64,000 bases of DNA from Candidatus Thiodiazotropha sp. (GCA_040507005.1 JBEVVS010000113.1:33-64032); one strand, 5' to 3'. Counted from the stretch's first letter, positions 1-13,446 are shown. Numbers and translations are program-made. The notes: generated by a model from the sequence alone, not told the origin.

Positions 1-958
1 GATAGTAGTCGAGACCGGTGGCTTGATCCGGCTTGAGATCGCTGCTCATGCGTGCCATCTCATCCCGGCTGAAATAGTGATCCAGTACCGCGCCGCCACT
101 GTTGGAGGCACCGCTCACCAGCCAGCGCTCTCCCAGGCGATGACTGTAGACGCCAAATTGTGCCGCGAAGATCGGTCTATCGGCGAGGATCTTGAGCACC
201 AGGGTGCTGCCTAACGAGCTGACCGCCTCACCGATCTGATTGGCGCCGGTGGCTAAGAAGGCAGCGTTACCATCCGTCGTGCCGGCGACGATGGGTATGC
301 CCTGGGCGAGGCCGGTGGCCTCGGCGACCTGTCGACAGAGTTTGCCCACGGGCGTGCCACAGGGTACCACCTCGGGTAGCGCATCAACGGCAAGCTGCAA
401 GTCTGTCAGCCAGGCAGGCCACTCACGCTGTATAGGGTCGTAGCCCAGCTTCAAGACATTGTTTTCATCACTAAAGCGGTAGTCGTCACACAGCCTGCCG
501 AGAATCCAGTCCGCCTGGTGACGTGCAAGGTAGCGGTCGATGGAGAGGCCTTGCGCCAGATGCAGCAGCTTTGCAAGACTGGATGTGGCGCTCAGAACGG
601 GACTGCCTTCGGCTGCGACGCTCTGTAACAGCGGCAGCTGCTCCACACTGCTGCTGTCGTTGTACATCAAGGCTGGTGTCAATGGCTTACCCTGTGGATC
701 CGTCAACAACAGGGTGGAGGAGGTGCCATCCACGGCGATCCCCCTGATCCTGTTGTCGCCGCCGGCAGTAGCGATCTCCGTCAGCACTTCCAGCAGTGTC
801 CGCCACCAGACTTCCGGGTCTTGCCGGCTCTGTTGCGGTTGCCGTGACTGGGGCCTTGGCAGGGGTCTGCTGGCGGATGCCTGGAGGCTGCCTGTTGTAT
901 CGATAGCGATGGCCCGACAGCCGGAAGTCCCCAGGTCGATGCCGATATAGAGATCCAT
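1..958 (-). CDS. FGGY-family carbohydrate kinase (3' end runs off the window)
   Basis: Manual translation from ATG at 958 gives MDLYIGIDLGTSGCRAIAID, the FGGY/actin-like ATPase phosphate-1 motif. Absent from the ORF track, probably because no stop lies in the window. Confidence 0.8.
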   Translation of the reverse strand, partial: MDLYIGIDLGTSGCRAIAIDTTGSLQASASRPLPRPQSRQPQQSRQDPEVWWRTLLEVLTEIATAGGDNRIRGIAVDGTSSTLLLTDPQGKPLTPALMYNDSSSVEQLPLLQSVAAEGSPVLSATSSLAKLLHLAQGLSIDRYLARHQADWILGRLCDDYRFSDENNVLKLGYDPIQREWPAWLTDLQLAVDALPEVVPCGTPVGKLCRQVAEATGLAQGIPIVAGTTDGNAAFLATGANQIGEAVSSLGSTLVLKILADRPIFAAQFGVYSHRLGERWLVSGASNSGGAVLDHYFSRDEMARMSSDLKPDQATGLDYY

Positions 959-1022
959 TACCGAGCAGGTCGGTACAGCATCACCCAATGGCCGGTTGCT
1001 GCCTGATAGCTGCTTGAGGCGA

Positions 1023-1412
1023 TCAAGGGAGTGTTACCGCCGCGGGTGCAACCCAGTTCTCGGCCCGGTGTTCGGCCACGACCGTGGTGTAGATGCCGCC
1101 ACGCACATTGAACTCGGCAGTCAGGCGCATGAAGCGGGGTTGGGTGGCGTGCACAAGATCACTCAGAATCTCGTTGGTGACCGCTTCGTGGAAGGCCCCC
1201 TGGTCGCGGAATGACCAGATATACATCTTCAGCGCCTTCAACTCGACGCAGCGTTTTTCCGGGACATACTCCAGGGTCATCTCGGCAAAGTCGGGCTGCC
1301 CGGTCTTGGGACAGAGACAGGTGAACTCCGGGATATTGATACGGATGGTGTAATCTCTTTCCGGCCGGGGGTTTTCAAAGGTTTCAAGATCTTTGCTCGG
1401 TTGACTGGGCAT
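1023..1412 (-). CDS. queF: NADPH-dependent preQ0 reductase (type I QueF)
   Basis: [25 protein letters not shown] and RGGI motifs; 129 aa. Confidence 0.95.
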   Translation of the reverse strand: MPSQPSKDLETFENPRPERDYTIRINIPEFTCLCPKTGQPDFAEMTLEYVPEKRCVELKALKMYIWSFRDQGAFHEAVTNEILSDLVHATQPRFMRLTAEFNVRGGIYTTVVAEHRAENWVAPAAVTLP

Positions 1413-1585
1413 GGTCTTCTTGTCTCATGGATAAAATGGCAAAGAATTATACTCGAGCCGTTACCCAGTCCAAAGCATTCCTTCTATATGTCATTTAAAA
1501 CAATAAGTTATATTAATTAGTCAATACGTAAAAAATTGCACTGTGCTCTGTAACAATCCCCCTCTTTGGTGTATCTTAGCCGCCC

Positions 1586-4500
1586 ATGCGTCTGGAGAAA
1601 ATCAAGCTCGCCGGATTTAAATCATTCGTCGATCCAACCACCGTGCCGATCCCAAGCAATCTGGTCGGAATCGTTGGGCCAAATGGATGTGGAAAATCCA
1701 ATGTCATCGATGCCGTGCGTTGGGTCATGGGCGAAAGCTCGGCCAAGATGTTGCGTGGCGAGTCGATGGCGGATGTGATATTCAACGGCTCGAGTGTGCG
1801 CAAGCCGGTCGGTGCCGCAACCATTGAGCTGCTGTTCGACAATGTGGATGGCAGAGCGGGCGGTCAATACGCCCAATACAACCAGATCTCGGTAAAGCGT
1901 CAGGTCTCCCGTGACGGTCAATCCCTCTACTTTCTGAATGGTGTCCGTTGCCGGCGCAGGGATATAACCGATCTGTTTCTCGGTACCGGTCTCGGCCCCC
2001 GCAGCTACTCCATTATTGAACAGGGCATGATCTCCCGCCTCATCGAGGCACGGCCGGAGGATCTGCGCAGTTTCCTGGAAGAGGCGGCGGGTATTTCAAA
2101 ATATAAGGAGCGGCGCCGGGAGACGGAAAACCGTATCCGCCACACCCGGGAGAACCTGGAACGTCTTACCGATCTCCGTGAAGAGGTGGCCAAGCAGCTC
2201 CAGCATCTCAAGCGTCAGGCTGCCACGGCGGAAAAGTATCAGGAATTGAAGCAGCAGGAGCGTCAGGTCAAGGCGGAGCTGCTGGCCCTGCGCTGGCGCA
2301 GCCTGCATCACGATCTGGAGCAGCGCCAGCGCCGTATCGCCGAGCTGCAGAATAATCTGGAAGCGGCCATTGCGGAGCAACGCAAGTTGGAATCGGTGAT
2401 CGAATCGGATCGGGACAAACATATGCAGGTCAACGACCGGTTCAACGAGGTACAGGGTAAATTCTATAGCCTCGGGGCGGAGATCAGCGGCCTGGAGCAG
2501 GCGATTCAGTTCGCCCGGGACTCGCAACGCCAGCAACAACAGGATCTGCAACAGATCGAACAGGCCCTGCAAGAGTCCGAAGCCCATAAGTCCCAGGATG
2601 AAGCGCGCCTGGCGGAACTCAACACCACTCTGCAGCAGGAGCAGCCCAGACTGGATGAGGCACAGTCAGTGGAGGCGCAGCATGCAGAGACCCTGCAGCA
2701 GGCCGAACAGGCGATGCAGGCCTGGCAACAAGAGTGGGAGCAGTTCAATCAGAAGGCCGCCGAGCCGGCCCAGACCGCCCAGGTGGAGCGTACCCGGATC
2801 AATCATCTGGAGCAGCAGGGGGGTAATCTGGAGCGGCGGCTGCAACGCCTGGATGAGGAGTTGGGACGCCTGGATGACAGTCAGCTGCTGAGTGAGATCA
2901 CCTCCCTCGAAGGGGATGAGAATCGGCAGAAGGGTGAGGCCGATACCCTGCATGTTCAACTAGACCAGGCCGTGGAGCTGATCAATCAGCAGCGGGAGAA
3001 GAACAGTCAGACCGCCAACCGCCTGAATCAGGCCAGGGCCGATTTTCAAGCCAATACAGGTCGTTTGGCCTCTCTGGAAGCGCTCCAGCAAGCAGCTCTG
3101 GGTCAACAGGGCAACCAAGGGGTTGAGTGGCTTGAGAAGAGCCAGTTGAGCAGCGCCAAACGCCTGGCTCAGGAGATCAAGGTCGAGCCCCGCTGGCAGC
3201 AGGCAGTGGAGCTGGTATTGGGTTTTCATCTCCAGGCCGTGTGTGTGGACGACATCGGTCGGCTGCAGGAGCCGTTGTCACAGCTGGAGAAGGGTGCACT
3301 CAGTTTTTGGGATACCCGCGCCCACGCCGGAGAGGCCTATCCCACAGCAGAGGAGACCCTGCTGCAACAGGTCACATCGTCCTGGAATCTGGGCTCCCTG
3401 CTTGGGGGTGTCAAACTGGCAGATAACATCCACGATGCCCTCGCCCGGCGACAAGGACTGAAGGCAGGTGAGACGTTGGTTACCCCGGATGGATGTTGGC
3501 TCGGCCCCGACTGGTTGAGAGTGAGTCGTGAATCCGACGAAAATGCCGGTGTACTGGCCCGGGAAGAGGAGCTGCGCAGCCTGAAGCAGACCCTTGCGGA
3601 ACAGGAGCGCAACGTCAGCGAATTGGCGGCGACCCTGGAACAGGGCAGGCAGGCCCTGAAACAATCTGAACACAATCGGGAACAGGCCCAATCCAGCTTC
3701 AATCAGCTCAATCGCGTGCTTTCGGAGATACGTGCCAGCCTGAGCGGTAAGCGCACCCGGGCAGATCATCTGCGACAACGCCGTGAGCAGCTGCAACAGG
3801 AACAGCAGGAGATCGCCGAGCAGATCGACAACGACAAGGCCTTGATGGAGGAGACCCGGGTACGGCTGCACGAAGCCTTGGAGTCTATCGAGAACCTGGG
3901 CAGTCGCCGTGAGTCCCTGGTAAAGCAACGGGATGTGCTGCGTAACCAGGTCACAGAGGCGAGAGAGCGCCTCAATCAACAACGTTCATCGACCCACGAG
4001 GTGGCATTGCGGGTCGAATCGATGCGCACCGCGCATACCTCCCTGACACAGAACCTGCAACGGGCGAGCAGTCAGCTGACTCAGCTGTCCCAGCGACGGG
4101 AGGAGTTGAAAACCACCCTGGACAACAGTGATGCGCCCCTGCAACAACAGCTGGGAATGTTGAATCAGAAGCTCTCGGAGCGGACAGACATCGACAAGGC
4201 ATTGAACGAGGTGCGTCGCAATTTAGAAGATGTCGATGGCCATCTGCGCAAGAAAGAGCAGGAACGTCATGTGGCGGAACAGCAGGTTCAGGAGCGTCGG
4301 GACGCGCTCAACCAGGCGCGTCTGCAAAGCCAGGAGGTGAATGTTCGCTGCATGACCCTGCAGGAACAGCTGCATGAGGGTGGTCTGGATGCTGAAGAGT
4401 TGTTCAAGACCATGGACGAGGATGCAACAGAGGATGCATGGCAGCAGCAGGTGGAGCGACTGGGGAATCGCATTCAGCGATTGGGCCCCATCAACCTGGC

Positions 4501-5095
4501 GGCGATCGACGAGTTTCAAGAGCAGTCGGAACGCTTGCAGTACCTGGATGAGCAACACGAGGATATCTCCCGTTCCCTGGAGACCTTGGAAAACGCAATC
4601 CGAAAAATCGATCGGGAGACCCGGACCCGCTTCAAGGAGACCTTCGATAAGGTCAACTCGGGGATCAAAGAGCTGTTTCCCCGGCTGTTCGGCGGTGGTC
4701 ACGCCTATCTGGAGTTGACCGGTGAGGATCTGCTGGATACCGGCGTGACGGTCATGGCGCGTCCCCCGGGCAAACGCAATACCAACATCCATCTCCTCTC
4801 AGGTGGGGAGAAGGCGCTCACTGCAGTGGCCTTGGTGTTCGCCATCTTTCAACTCAATCCGGCACCATTCTGTATGCTCGATGAGGTGGATGCACCGTTG
4901 GACGATGCCAATGTAGGGCGCTTCTGCGATATGGTGCGGGATATGTCCGATCAGGTACAATTCATTTTTATTACTCACAATAAGATCACCATGGAGATAG
5001 CAAACCAGCTTTCGGGGGTCACCATGCATGAGCCGGGTGTGTCGCGCCTGGTTACCGTCGATGTGGAGGAGGCGGCTCAACTCGCCGCCATTTGA
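1586..5095 (+). CDS. smc: Chromosome segregation protein SMC
   Basis: Walker A GPNGCGKSN, long coiled coils with central hinge, LSGGE signature, Walker B MLDEVDAPLD; 1169 aa. Confidence 0.98.
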   Translation: MRLEKIKLAGFKSFVDPTTVPIPSNLVGIVGPNGCGKSNVIDAVRWVMGESSAKMLRGESMADVIFNGSSVRKPVGAATIELLFDNVDGRAGGQYAQYNQISVKRQVSRDGQSLYFLNGVRCRRRDITDLFLGTGLGPRSYSIIEQGMISRLIEARPEDLRSFLEEAAGISKYKERRRETENRIRHTRENLERLTDLREEVAKQLQHLKRQAATAEKYQELKQQERQVKAELLALRWRSLHHDLEQRQRRIAELQNNLEAAIAEQRKLESVIESDRDKHMQVNDRFNEVQGKFYSLGAEISGLEQAIQFARDSQRQQQQDLQQIEQALQESEAHKSQDEARLAELNTTLQQEQPRLDEAQSVEAQHAETLQQAEQAMQAWQQEWEQFNQKAAEPAQTAQVERTRINHLEQQGGNLERRLQRLDEELGRLDDSQLLSEITSLEGDENRQKGEADTLHVQLDQAVELINQQREKNSQTANRLNQARADFQANTGRLASLEALQQAALGQQGNQGVEWLEKSQLSSAKRLAQEIKVEPRWQQAVELVLGFHLQAVCVDDIGRLQEPLSQLEKGALSFWDTRAHAGEAYPTAEETLLQQVTSSWNLGSLLGGVKLADNIHDALARRQGLKAGETLVTPDGCWLGPDWLRVSRESDENAGVLAREEELRSLKQTLAEQERNVSELAATLEQGRQALKQSEHNREQAQSSFNQLNRVLSEIRASLSGKRTRADHLRQRREQLQQEQQEIAEQIDNDKALMEETRVRLHEALESIENLGSRRESLVKQRDVLRNQVTEARERLNQQRSSTHEVALRVESMRTAHTSLTQNLQRASSQLTQLSQRREELKTTLDNSDAPLQQQLGMLNQKLSERTDIDKALNEVRRNLEDVDGHLRKKEQERHVAEQQVQERRDALNQARLQSQEVNVRCMTLQEQLHEGGLDAEELFKTMDEDATEDAWQQQVERLGNRIQRLGPINLAAIDEFQEQSERLQYLDEQHEDISRSLETLENAIRKIDRETRTRFKETFDKVNSGIKELFPRLFGGGHAYLELTGEDLLDTGVTVMARPPGKRNTNIHLLSGGEKALTAVALVFAIFQLNPAPFCMLDEVDAPLDDANVGRFCDMVRDMSDQVQFIFITHNKITMEIANQLSGVTMHEPGVSRLVTVDVEEAAQLAAI

Positions 5096-5099
5096 AATC

Positions 5100-7969
<2,870 letters not shown>

Positions 7970-8053
7970 TAACGCTGCCGGGTGCGCGTTTATTCACCCA
8001 ATCATTCGTGTTAGCGTCTAACGATACAAAGATACAAGGTTGCAGGAATAGCT

Positions 8054-8347
8054 ATGAACGACGAAACCGCAAAAGAACGGGAAATCATGCTGGTGATGCG
8101 CAAGCTGCTGACCACCATCGTGCGCGAGGTGACACCGGAACACAAAAGCCTGAAACACCCGTTGTCAGAGCAGACCATTCAAGATATCCGCGCCTGCCTG
8201 GGTTTGATTACCGCCCGGGAGAAGGAGCTGGCCGATGCTGCCGGACGAACCGCCCGGGAGCGCCCCTATTTCGTCGATGAACCCCCTGCCACGAAGGTGG
8301 TGCCGATTTCCGAAATCGTTAAGCCCAAGCAGGATGAGGAGGAGTGA
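8054..8347 (+). CDS. Conserved hypothetical small helical protein
   Basis: 97-aa ORF with AGGA RBS and host-like codon use, directly after ligA. Confidence 0.7.
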   Translation: MNDETAKEREIMLVMRKLLTTIVREVTPEHKSLKHPLSEQTIQDIRACLGLITAREKELADAAGRTARERPYFVDEPPATKVVPISEIVKPKQDEEE

Positions 8348-8388
8348 GTTAACAATTCCGGGTTTTCTCGAGCCTGTGCTATCGAAAA

Positions 8389-9078
8389 TCAGGATTTCTT
8401 CTTACGGCGGGTGATTAAGCCGGCGCCGACAATGGCGGAGCCAAAGAGCCAGGCGGCGGCAGGTAGAGGGACAGGTTCTACCGCAATCAGCTTTTCACTC
8501 CCACCACCGAGACCATCTATACCCAAGCTGCCTACCGACTGGAAACGTAAACCGATTCGTTCAATGCTGGCAAGCGTAAGGCTGCCAAGATCATCCATCG
8601 AGAACGCGAACGGAAGCGCAATTTGTCTGCCAGCGCCTCCATTGTCGCCATCATCAAAACCGAAACCGATGTCGAATGTCCCCGCGGGCCCGCTGACTGG
8701 CGCGGTAAAATTACCGCTCAGATTCCGCCCATTGCCGATATCGTTGGTGTCTTCCATAAAGTCCACGATTGACACACCCGTGGATAGTGAAGCAAGCCCT
8801 GAGGCACTGTATGAAGGATCACCCACTAGGTCGATAAATACTGCCGACAACTCACCGTTCGTGTTTGGTACGGTCACATTGAAGGTGAGTGAGCCTGAAA
8901 TGTTGTCGTCTACCGTCACAGAAGGTGCTGTGTCGATAAGCGGATTGTCCGTGGTGGTGGCAAAAGTACCGAAAGTTATGGAGGCCGCCCATCCATGCTG
9001 AGGAAATATAAGACCAAACAGTGCTAAAACAAAGACTCGTCCTGTAGATCGACTCAATCTACTAATCACCTTCATCAT
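8389..9078 (-). CDS. VPLPA-CTERM (PEP-CTERM-type) sorted surface protein
   Basis: Signal peptide; C-terminal VPLPAAAWLFGSAIVGAGLITRRKKKS (motif, TM, basic tail). Start at 9078 or 9102. Confidence 0.88.
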   Translation of the reverse strand: MMKVISRLSRSTGRVFVLALFGLIFPQHGWAASITFGTFATTTDNPLIDTAPSVTVDDNISGSLTFNVTVPNTNGELSAVFIDLVGDPSYSASGLASLSTGVSIVDFMEDTNDIGNGRNLSGNFTAPVSGPAGTFDIGFGFDDGDNGGAGRQIALPFAFSMDDLGSLTLASIERIGLRFQSVGSLGIDGLGGGSEKLIAVEPVPLPAAAWLFGSAIVGAGLITRRKKKS

Positions 9079-9161
9079 GGCTGCTTCTCCTGTCCAGATC
9101 ACCGACGGACATACCGACTATGAAATAAAAATATCCTATGAAAGGCCTGACCTGGTGTTTA

Positions 9162-9258
9162 TGCAATTTTTAAGCAAAAAATCTAAATACTGTTTATAAA
9201 CAATGTGTTACGAAATCAGAGAGGGTTGAGAGGTATGGAAGTGTAAATTATTTCGACA
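9162..9258 (-). promoter_or_regulatory. Possible sigma54-type promoter, IHF-like site and TGT-N11-ACA enhancer upstream of the VPLPA-CTERM gene
   Basis: TTTGCTTAAAAATTGCA (9178-9162; -24 GG is degenerate), AAACAATGTGTTA (9198-9210), TGTAAATTATTTCGACA (9242-9258). Confidence 0.35.
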
Positions 9259-9302
9259 TCTGATGGTGTTGGACGAACAGGACAAGGATGATGGCGTTGT
9301 CT

Positions 9303-9803
9303 TTAACTGCCAGTAGCGGGCGATAGTAAAAAGTTTATCAACTTATACTCCGCGGTAACGAGGGCGCAGCAACTCAATAGATAGAACAGGCCTGTTATAC
9401 CAGCCTCGCTCTCCTTTCTGGTGGGCGACATAAACTCCCCCTGAAATACATTATCCAGGCTGAACAGCAGATCTTCCTGGGTGGAATAGAACAAGCGTGC
9501 GATCAACAGATGCAAGGGTAGGCTAACTACGGCCAGTCCGAGCCAGAGGAGGGGATTGTCGGCCAGGATATAACAGGCCGCGGCAATTACCCCTAAAGTG
9601 AGTATCACACCCACTATATGACTATCCCGGGTTTGATTTCTGGCGCCGATAACTGCCAAGGTCAGGGGAACGATTGCAATCAATACCCCGATCAAGATGA
9701 GAAACCGGCCCTCTTCAGGGGTGGCTGGGTCTCCGGTGGTATAGATCAGCCATACGCTAAGCAGAACCACAACAATCGATAGCATCAATGTGGATGGTTT
9801 CAT
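9303..9803 (-). CDS. Hypothetical multi-pass membrane protein
   Basis: 166 aa with about 5 hydrophobic segments. Confidence 0.7.
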   Translation of the reverse strand: MKPSTLMLSIVVVLLSVWLIYTTGDPATPEEGRFLILIGVLIAIVPLTLAVIGARNQTRDSHIVGVILTLGVIAAACYILADNPLLWLGLAVVSLPLHLLIARLFYSTQEDLLFSLDNVFQGEFMSPTRKESEAGITGLFYLLSCCALVTAEYKLINFLLSPATGS

Positions 9804-9836
9804 CAGGTTACTGCTCTATTGCACGCTTCCTTTGTG

Positions 9837-10430
9837 TCAGGGGAGTGGCAGGGTGTAGTTGAAAAACACCAGTGCCAGCCATATCAGCCCTATCAGGATG
9901 CCACCTATCAGAAGCGCGAGGTGATGGGACCGACGCGCCTTCGTTACATCTTTCACCAGGACCGCTTCACTGTGATCCCGGGGATTGATGAAGACAGGTA
10001 CATTGTCTCCCGGTTTCAGCGACGACCACCAACGATCAGACGCCGGGGTTGGATCACCCCAACTATTCACCTCGGGCACCCACAAGTTCTCTTTTTCATT
10101 TGATGCGCTATTGCCGGTATAGGACTTTCCATCGACAGAATAGGCGTAATCAATGATTGGATAGTAATGCTTGAGTTTTGAGTATTCAGATACATGGACC
10201 TCTTCCACCTGCTCCCCACAGCTCAGCAAATCGGCCTTGCTCTCGATCCAGTTCCGTTGTGACTTGTATTTGAGGAGTGATCCGGCGCCGCTAATAGCCA
10301 GGGCCGCGGCTAACACCAGCAATAGGTGATGGGCATAGTGAGGAAAAAAAGCCAGGATCAGAAAAGCGATACACAGAAGCGCGATAAGCTTTGCGGTGAA
10401 TATTAATAAATTGGTGTGTGAAGGAACCAT
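9837..10430 (-). CDS. DUF3592-like membrane protein
   Basis: TM helices flanking a beta domain with YYPIIDYAYSVDGKSYTG and V-x-V-F-x-NP motifs. Confidence 0.7.
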   Translation of the reverse strand: MVPSHTNLLIFTAKLIALLCIAFLILAFFPHYAHHLLLVLAAALAISGAGSLLKYKSQRNWIESKADLLSCGEQVEEVHVSEYSKLKHYYPIIDYAYSVDGKSYTGNSASNEKENLWVPEVNSWGDPTPASDRWWSSLKPGDNVPVFINPRDHSEAVLVKDVTKARRSHHLALLIGGILIGLIWLALVFFNYTLPLP

Positions 10431-10436
10431 TCAATG

Positions 10437-10685
10437 CTACCTGATGGAATCATGGCATACGTCGGGTACTGCTCTTGCGCTGTGAATTATAGTGACATGT
10501 TGAATAGGGAACAAAATTCCCCTAATTACGGGTTCAATAACCATCTGGATACTGCAATGCAGCAATTGAATATACCAAATTTGGTTTTCGAAAAATGGGG
10601 ATATGTTCAGTTTCGAAATTCCTTGGATATTTGGTTGGTAATCGAGCTGACGATCCAAGTTTAATGTTGAGTAAAAAATATACAT
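10437..10685 (-). CDS. Hypothetical protein (AT-rich)
   Basis: 82-aa ORF co-oriented with and abutting its neighbours; no motif recognised. Confidence 0.3.
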   Translation of the reverse strand: MYIFYSTLNLDRQLDYQPNIQGISKLNISPFFENQIWYIQLLHCSIQMVIEPVIRGILFPIQHVTIIHSARAVPDVCHDSIR

Positions 10686-10883
10686 TTATTTTTAAAGATT
10701 GGTATCTGCCAGCCGCTCTGAATACCAGATCACAGGAATATTAGAGGAGCTTGATCACAGGATACAGATAGGATGTCGCCCCCTCATCACACCGGTTTAT
10801 TCATTAAGTTCAGGGTGATGGGTTGAGTTGTAAATAGTCGTCGGATGTCCCGATGATTTCATTACACCATTGAGGGCTCGGCA

Positions 10884-11747
10884 ATGAGTATAAATAAACC
10901 TCTCTTTACTGGCATCATATTCCAGATTCTGCTGTTATGTGCCTTACCTTTCAGTGGCCTCGTCGCCGCCACCAATCAAAACGCTGCTACCGGACACGCC
11001 ATTCACTGGGGATATTCGGGTGCCAGCGGTCCCGCCAAGTGGGGTAGTCTATCCAAAAAGTACGCCCTGTGCGGCAGCGGTAAGCGTCAGTCCCCCGTGG
11101 ATATTTGGAATGATGTGCCATCCGATCTCTATCCCTTGCAGTTTCAATACCAGTCCATTCCCCTGCTTGTGTTGAACAATGGCCATACCTTGCAGGCCAA
11201 CTACAACACCGTGGGTCAGGAAGATAAGGTCGATATTGGCGGTAAGTCATACCCGGTTCAGCGCAAGCCTGTTCATAACAGCATATTGATGCTGGGTGAT
11301 GTCCCCTACAAATTGCTTCAGTTCCATTTTCATACCCCCAGTGAACATGCCCATGAGGGCAAGCGTTACGCCATGGAAGTCCATCTTGTGCACAAAAGTG
11401 CCGACGGCAATCTGGCTGTTGTAGGTGTGATGCTCAAGCGGGGTAAGGAGAATCCAACATTAAAAAAAGTGCTTGATAATGCTTCGGGCAATATCAATGA
11501 GGTCAAATTAGCACAAGGAGTCACGATCAACGCTGCCGATTTGCTCCCTGCCGATCGCCAGCTATTTCACTACAGTGGATCGTTGACCACTCCCCCCTGC
11601 AGCGAAAACGTCAATTGGTTTGTGATGAAGACTCCGATAGAGGTATCGGATATGCAAGTCAAACAGTTCGCAAGCCTGGTAGGTGAAAATGCCCGCCCGT
11701 TGCAACTTATGCATTGGCGTTTAATGCTGACCTCCGATTTTGACTAA
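10884..11747 (+). CDS. Periplasmic alpha-class carbonic anhydrase
   Basis: Signal peptide, HWGY, QSPVDI, Zn ligands [10 protein letters not shown] and [16 protein letters not shown]. Confidence 0.95.
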   Translation: MSINKPLFTGIIFQILLLCALPFSGLVAATNQNAATGHAIHWGYSGASGPAKWGSLSKKYALCGSGKRQSPVDIWNDVPSDLYPLQFQYQSIPLLVLNNGHTLQANYNTVGQEDKVDIGGKSYPVQRKPVHNSILMLGDVPYKLLQFHFHTPSEHAHEGKRYAMEVHLVHKSADGNLAVVGVMLKRGKENPTLKKVLDNASGNINEVKLAQGVTINAADLLPADRQLFHYSGSLTTPPCSENVNWFVMKTPIEVSDMQVKQFASLVGENARPLQLMHWRLMLTSDFD

Positions 11748-11766
11748 TATCATTGAGAATTTTACC

Positions 11767-13446
11767 ATGAAAAATCTACTAAACAATATGTCCTTGAAAG
11801 CCAAATTGATGGGCTTTGCCGGCATTCTACTCAGCTTGCTTGTTATCAGCTCAGTGTATGCCATCTACTCCATGAACAGCATAGGCAAGGAGTTAGTCAC
11901 CATTGCCGAAGAGGATATACCGCTCACGGAAAAGATTGCCCAGATAACCGTTCATCAATTGGAACAGGCCGTGCAATTCGAACGCTCCTTGCACTATGGC
12001 AGTATCTTGAAAGTAGAAGATAGTGCTTTAGCTCGATTCCGCCAGGCGATAAAGGCCTTTGATGAAGGTACAGTGGGTATCGAAGCTGAACTGCACGATG
12101 CAGAGAAGCTGGCCCAAGCGGCGATGGAACATAGCACGGGTGATGTGAAAAGCGAGTTTGCCGCGGTCAATAATAAGTTAAAAGCCATTGAAGCGGCACA
12201 TAAAGAGTTTGTACAACACGCCCACGAGGTGTTTGTCGCCTTTACGGAAGGAAAGGCACACCATGCCGAGGAGCTGGCCGAAAAAGTGGAACATGAAGAG
12301 GAAAACCTGGACAGCTCCCTTGAAACCCTGTTGGTGGATATCGGAAAGTTCACCGAGGAGAGCGCCAAACGCGCTGAGGCGCACGAACTTGCAGCGGTCG
12401 CGACCCTAACGGTTATCGCGCTGGTAAGTATCGCTATCGGTGTCGTTGTCAGCATCCTATTTGCCACATTTATCGTGAGTGCGATTCGCAAGGCAACGGT
12501 GGTTGCTTCCGGTGATCTAACCCAGGACATCGTGGTCAGCAGTCGTGATGAAATCGGTGAACTGCTCACGGCAATCAACGGCATGCGCAGGAATCTGCTC
12601 GATATGCTCGCGGATATCTCTGAAACCACGGCGCAGTTGTCAACCGCCTCGGAAGAGATGTCGTCGATCACCACCCAGACCAGCGAGACCATCCACACTC
12701 AGCGGTCGGAGACGGAGCAGGTGGCAACCGCCATGAACGAAATGACCGCCACGGTGCAAGAGGTTGCGGTCAACATCAATCACACCGCCAGTGCGGCTGA
12801 TGAAGCCTATGATCAGACCCGGGAAGGCTCGCAGATCGTGCAAAGAGCCGTTACCCAGATCAACAAGCTGGCCGATCAAGTGGAGAGCTCTTCCCAGACC
12901 ATCAACGATCTGGAACACCACAGCGAGGCCATCAACACGGTCCTCGACGTGATCAAGGGGATCGCGGATCAAACCAACCTGTTGGCCCTGAATGCGGCAA
13001 TCGAAGCGGCACGCGCCGGCGAGCAGGGGCGTGGGTTTGCAGTGGTCGCCGATGAAGTGCGCACCCTGGCAGGCCGCACACGCCAGTCCACCGACGAGAT
13101 AAACGAGATGATTGAAAAACTTCAAACCGGTTCCCGTCAGGCAGTGACAGTGATGGATCAGAGCCGGGAAGAAGCGAAATCAGCGGTTGAACTGGCCACC
13201 CAGACCGGCACCGCGTTGGCTACCATCACCCAGGCCGTGGAGAAGATCAACGAGATGTCCACCCAGATCGCCAGTGCCGCGGAAGAGCAGGGATCGGTGG
13301 CTGAAGAGATCAATCGCAACATTGTCAAGATCAATGACATGTCGACCCAGACAGCGGATGGCGCAGGTGAGACCGCGGAGGCGAGTCAGAACCTGGCCCA
13401 TATGGCGACCGAGCTACAGGGACTGGTTGCGCGATTTACCATTTGA
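11767..13446 (+). CDS. Methyl-accepting chemotaxis protein with periplasmic helical-bundle sensor
   Basis: Two TMs, HAMP-like segment, signalling hairpin [34 protein letters not shown]. Start placed at ATG 11767. Confidence 0.95.
   Translation: MKNLLNNMSLKAKLMGFAGILLSLLVISSVYAIYSMNSIGKELVTIAEEDIPLTEKIAQITVHQLEQAVQFERSLHYGSILKVEDSALARFRQAIKAFDEGTVGIEAELHDAEKLAQAAMEHSTGDVKSEFAAVNNKLKAIEAAHKEFVQHAHEVFVAFTEGKAHHAEELAEKVEHEEENLDSSLETLLVDIGKFTEESAKRAEAHELAAVATLTVIALVSIAIGVVVSILFATFIVSAIRKATVVASGDLTQDIVVSSRDEIGELLTAINGMRRNLLDMLADISETTAQLSTASEEMSSITTQTSETIHTQRSETEQVATAMNEMTATVQEVAVNINHTASAADEAYDQTREGSQIVQRAVTQINKLADQVESSSQTINDLEHHSEAINTVLDVIKGIADQTNLLALNAAIEAARAGEQGRGFAVVADEVRTLAGRTRQSTDEINEMIEKLQTGSRQAVTVMDQSREEAKSAVELATQTGTALATITQAVEKINEMSTQIASAAEEQGSVAEEINRNIVKINDMSTQTADGAGETAEASQNLAHMATELQGLVARFTI

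Noticed and set aside
10831-10857. Sigma28-like promoter (TAAA...CCCGATGA) upstream of the carbonic anhydrase-MCP pair
   Set aside because: Spacer is one base short and the -10 element has two mismatches.
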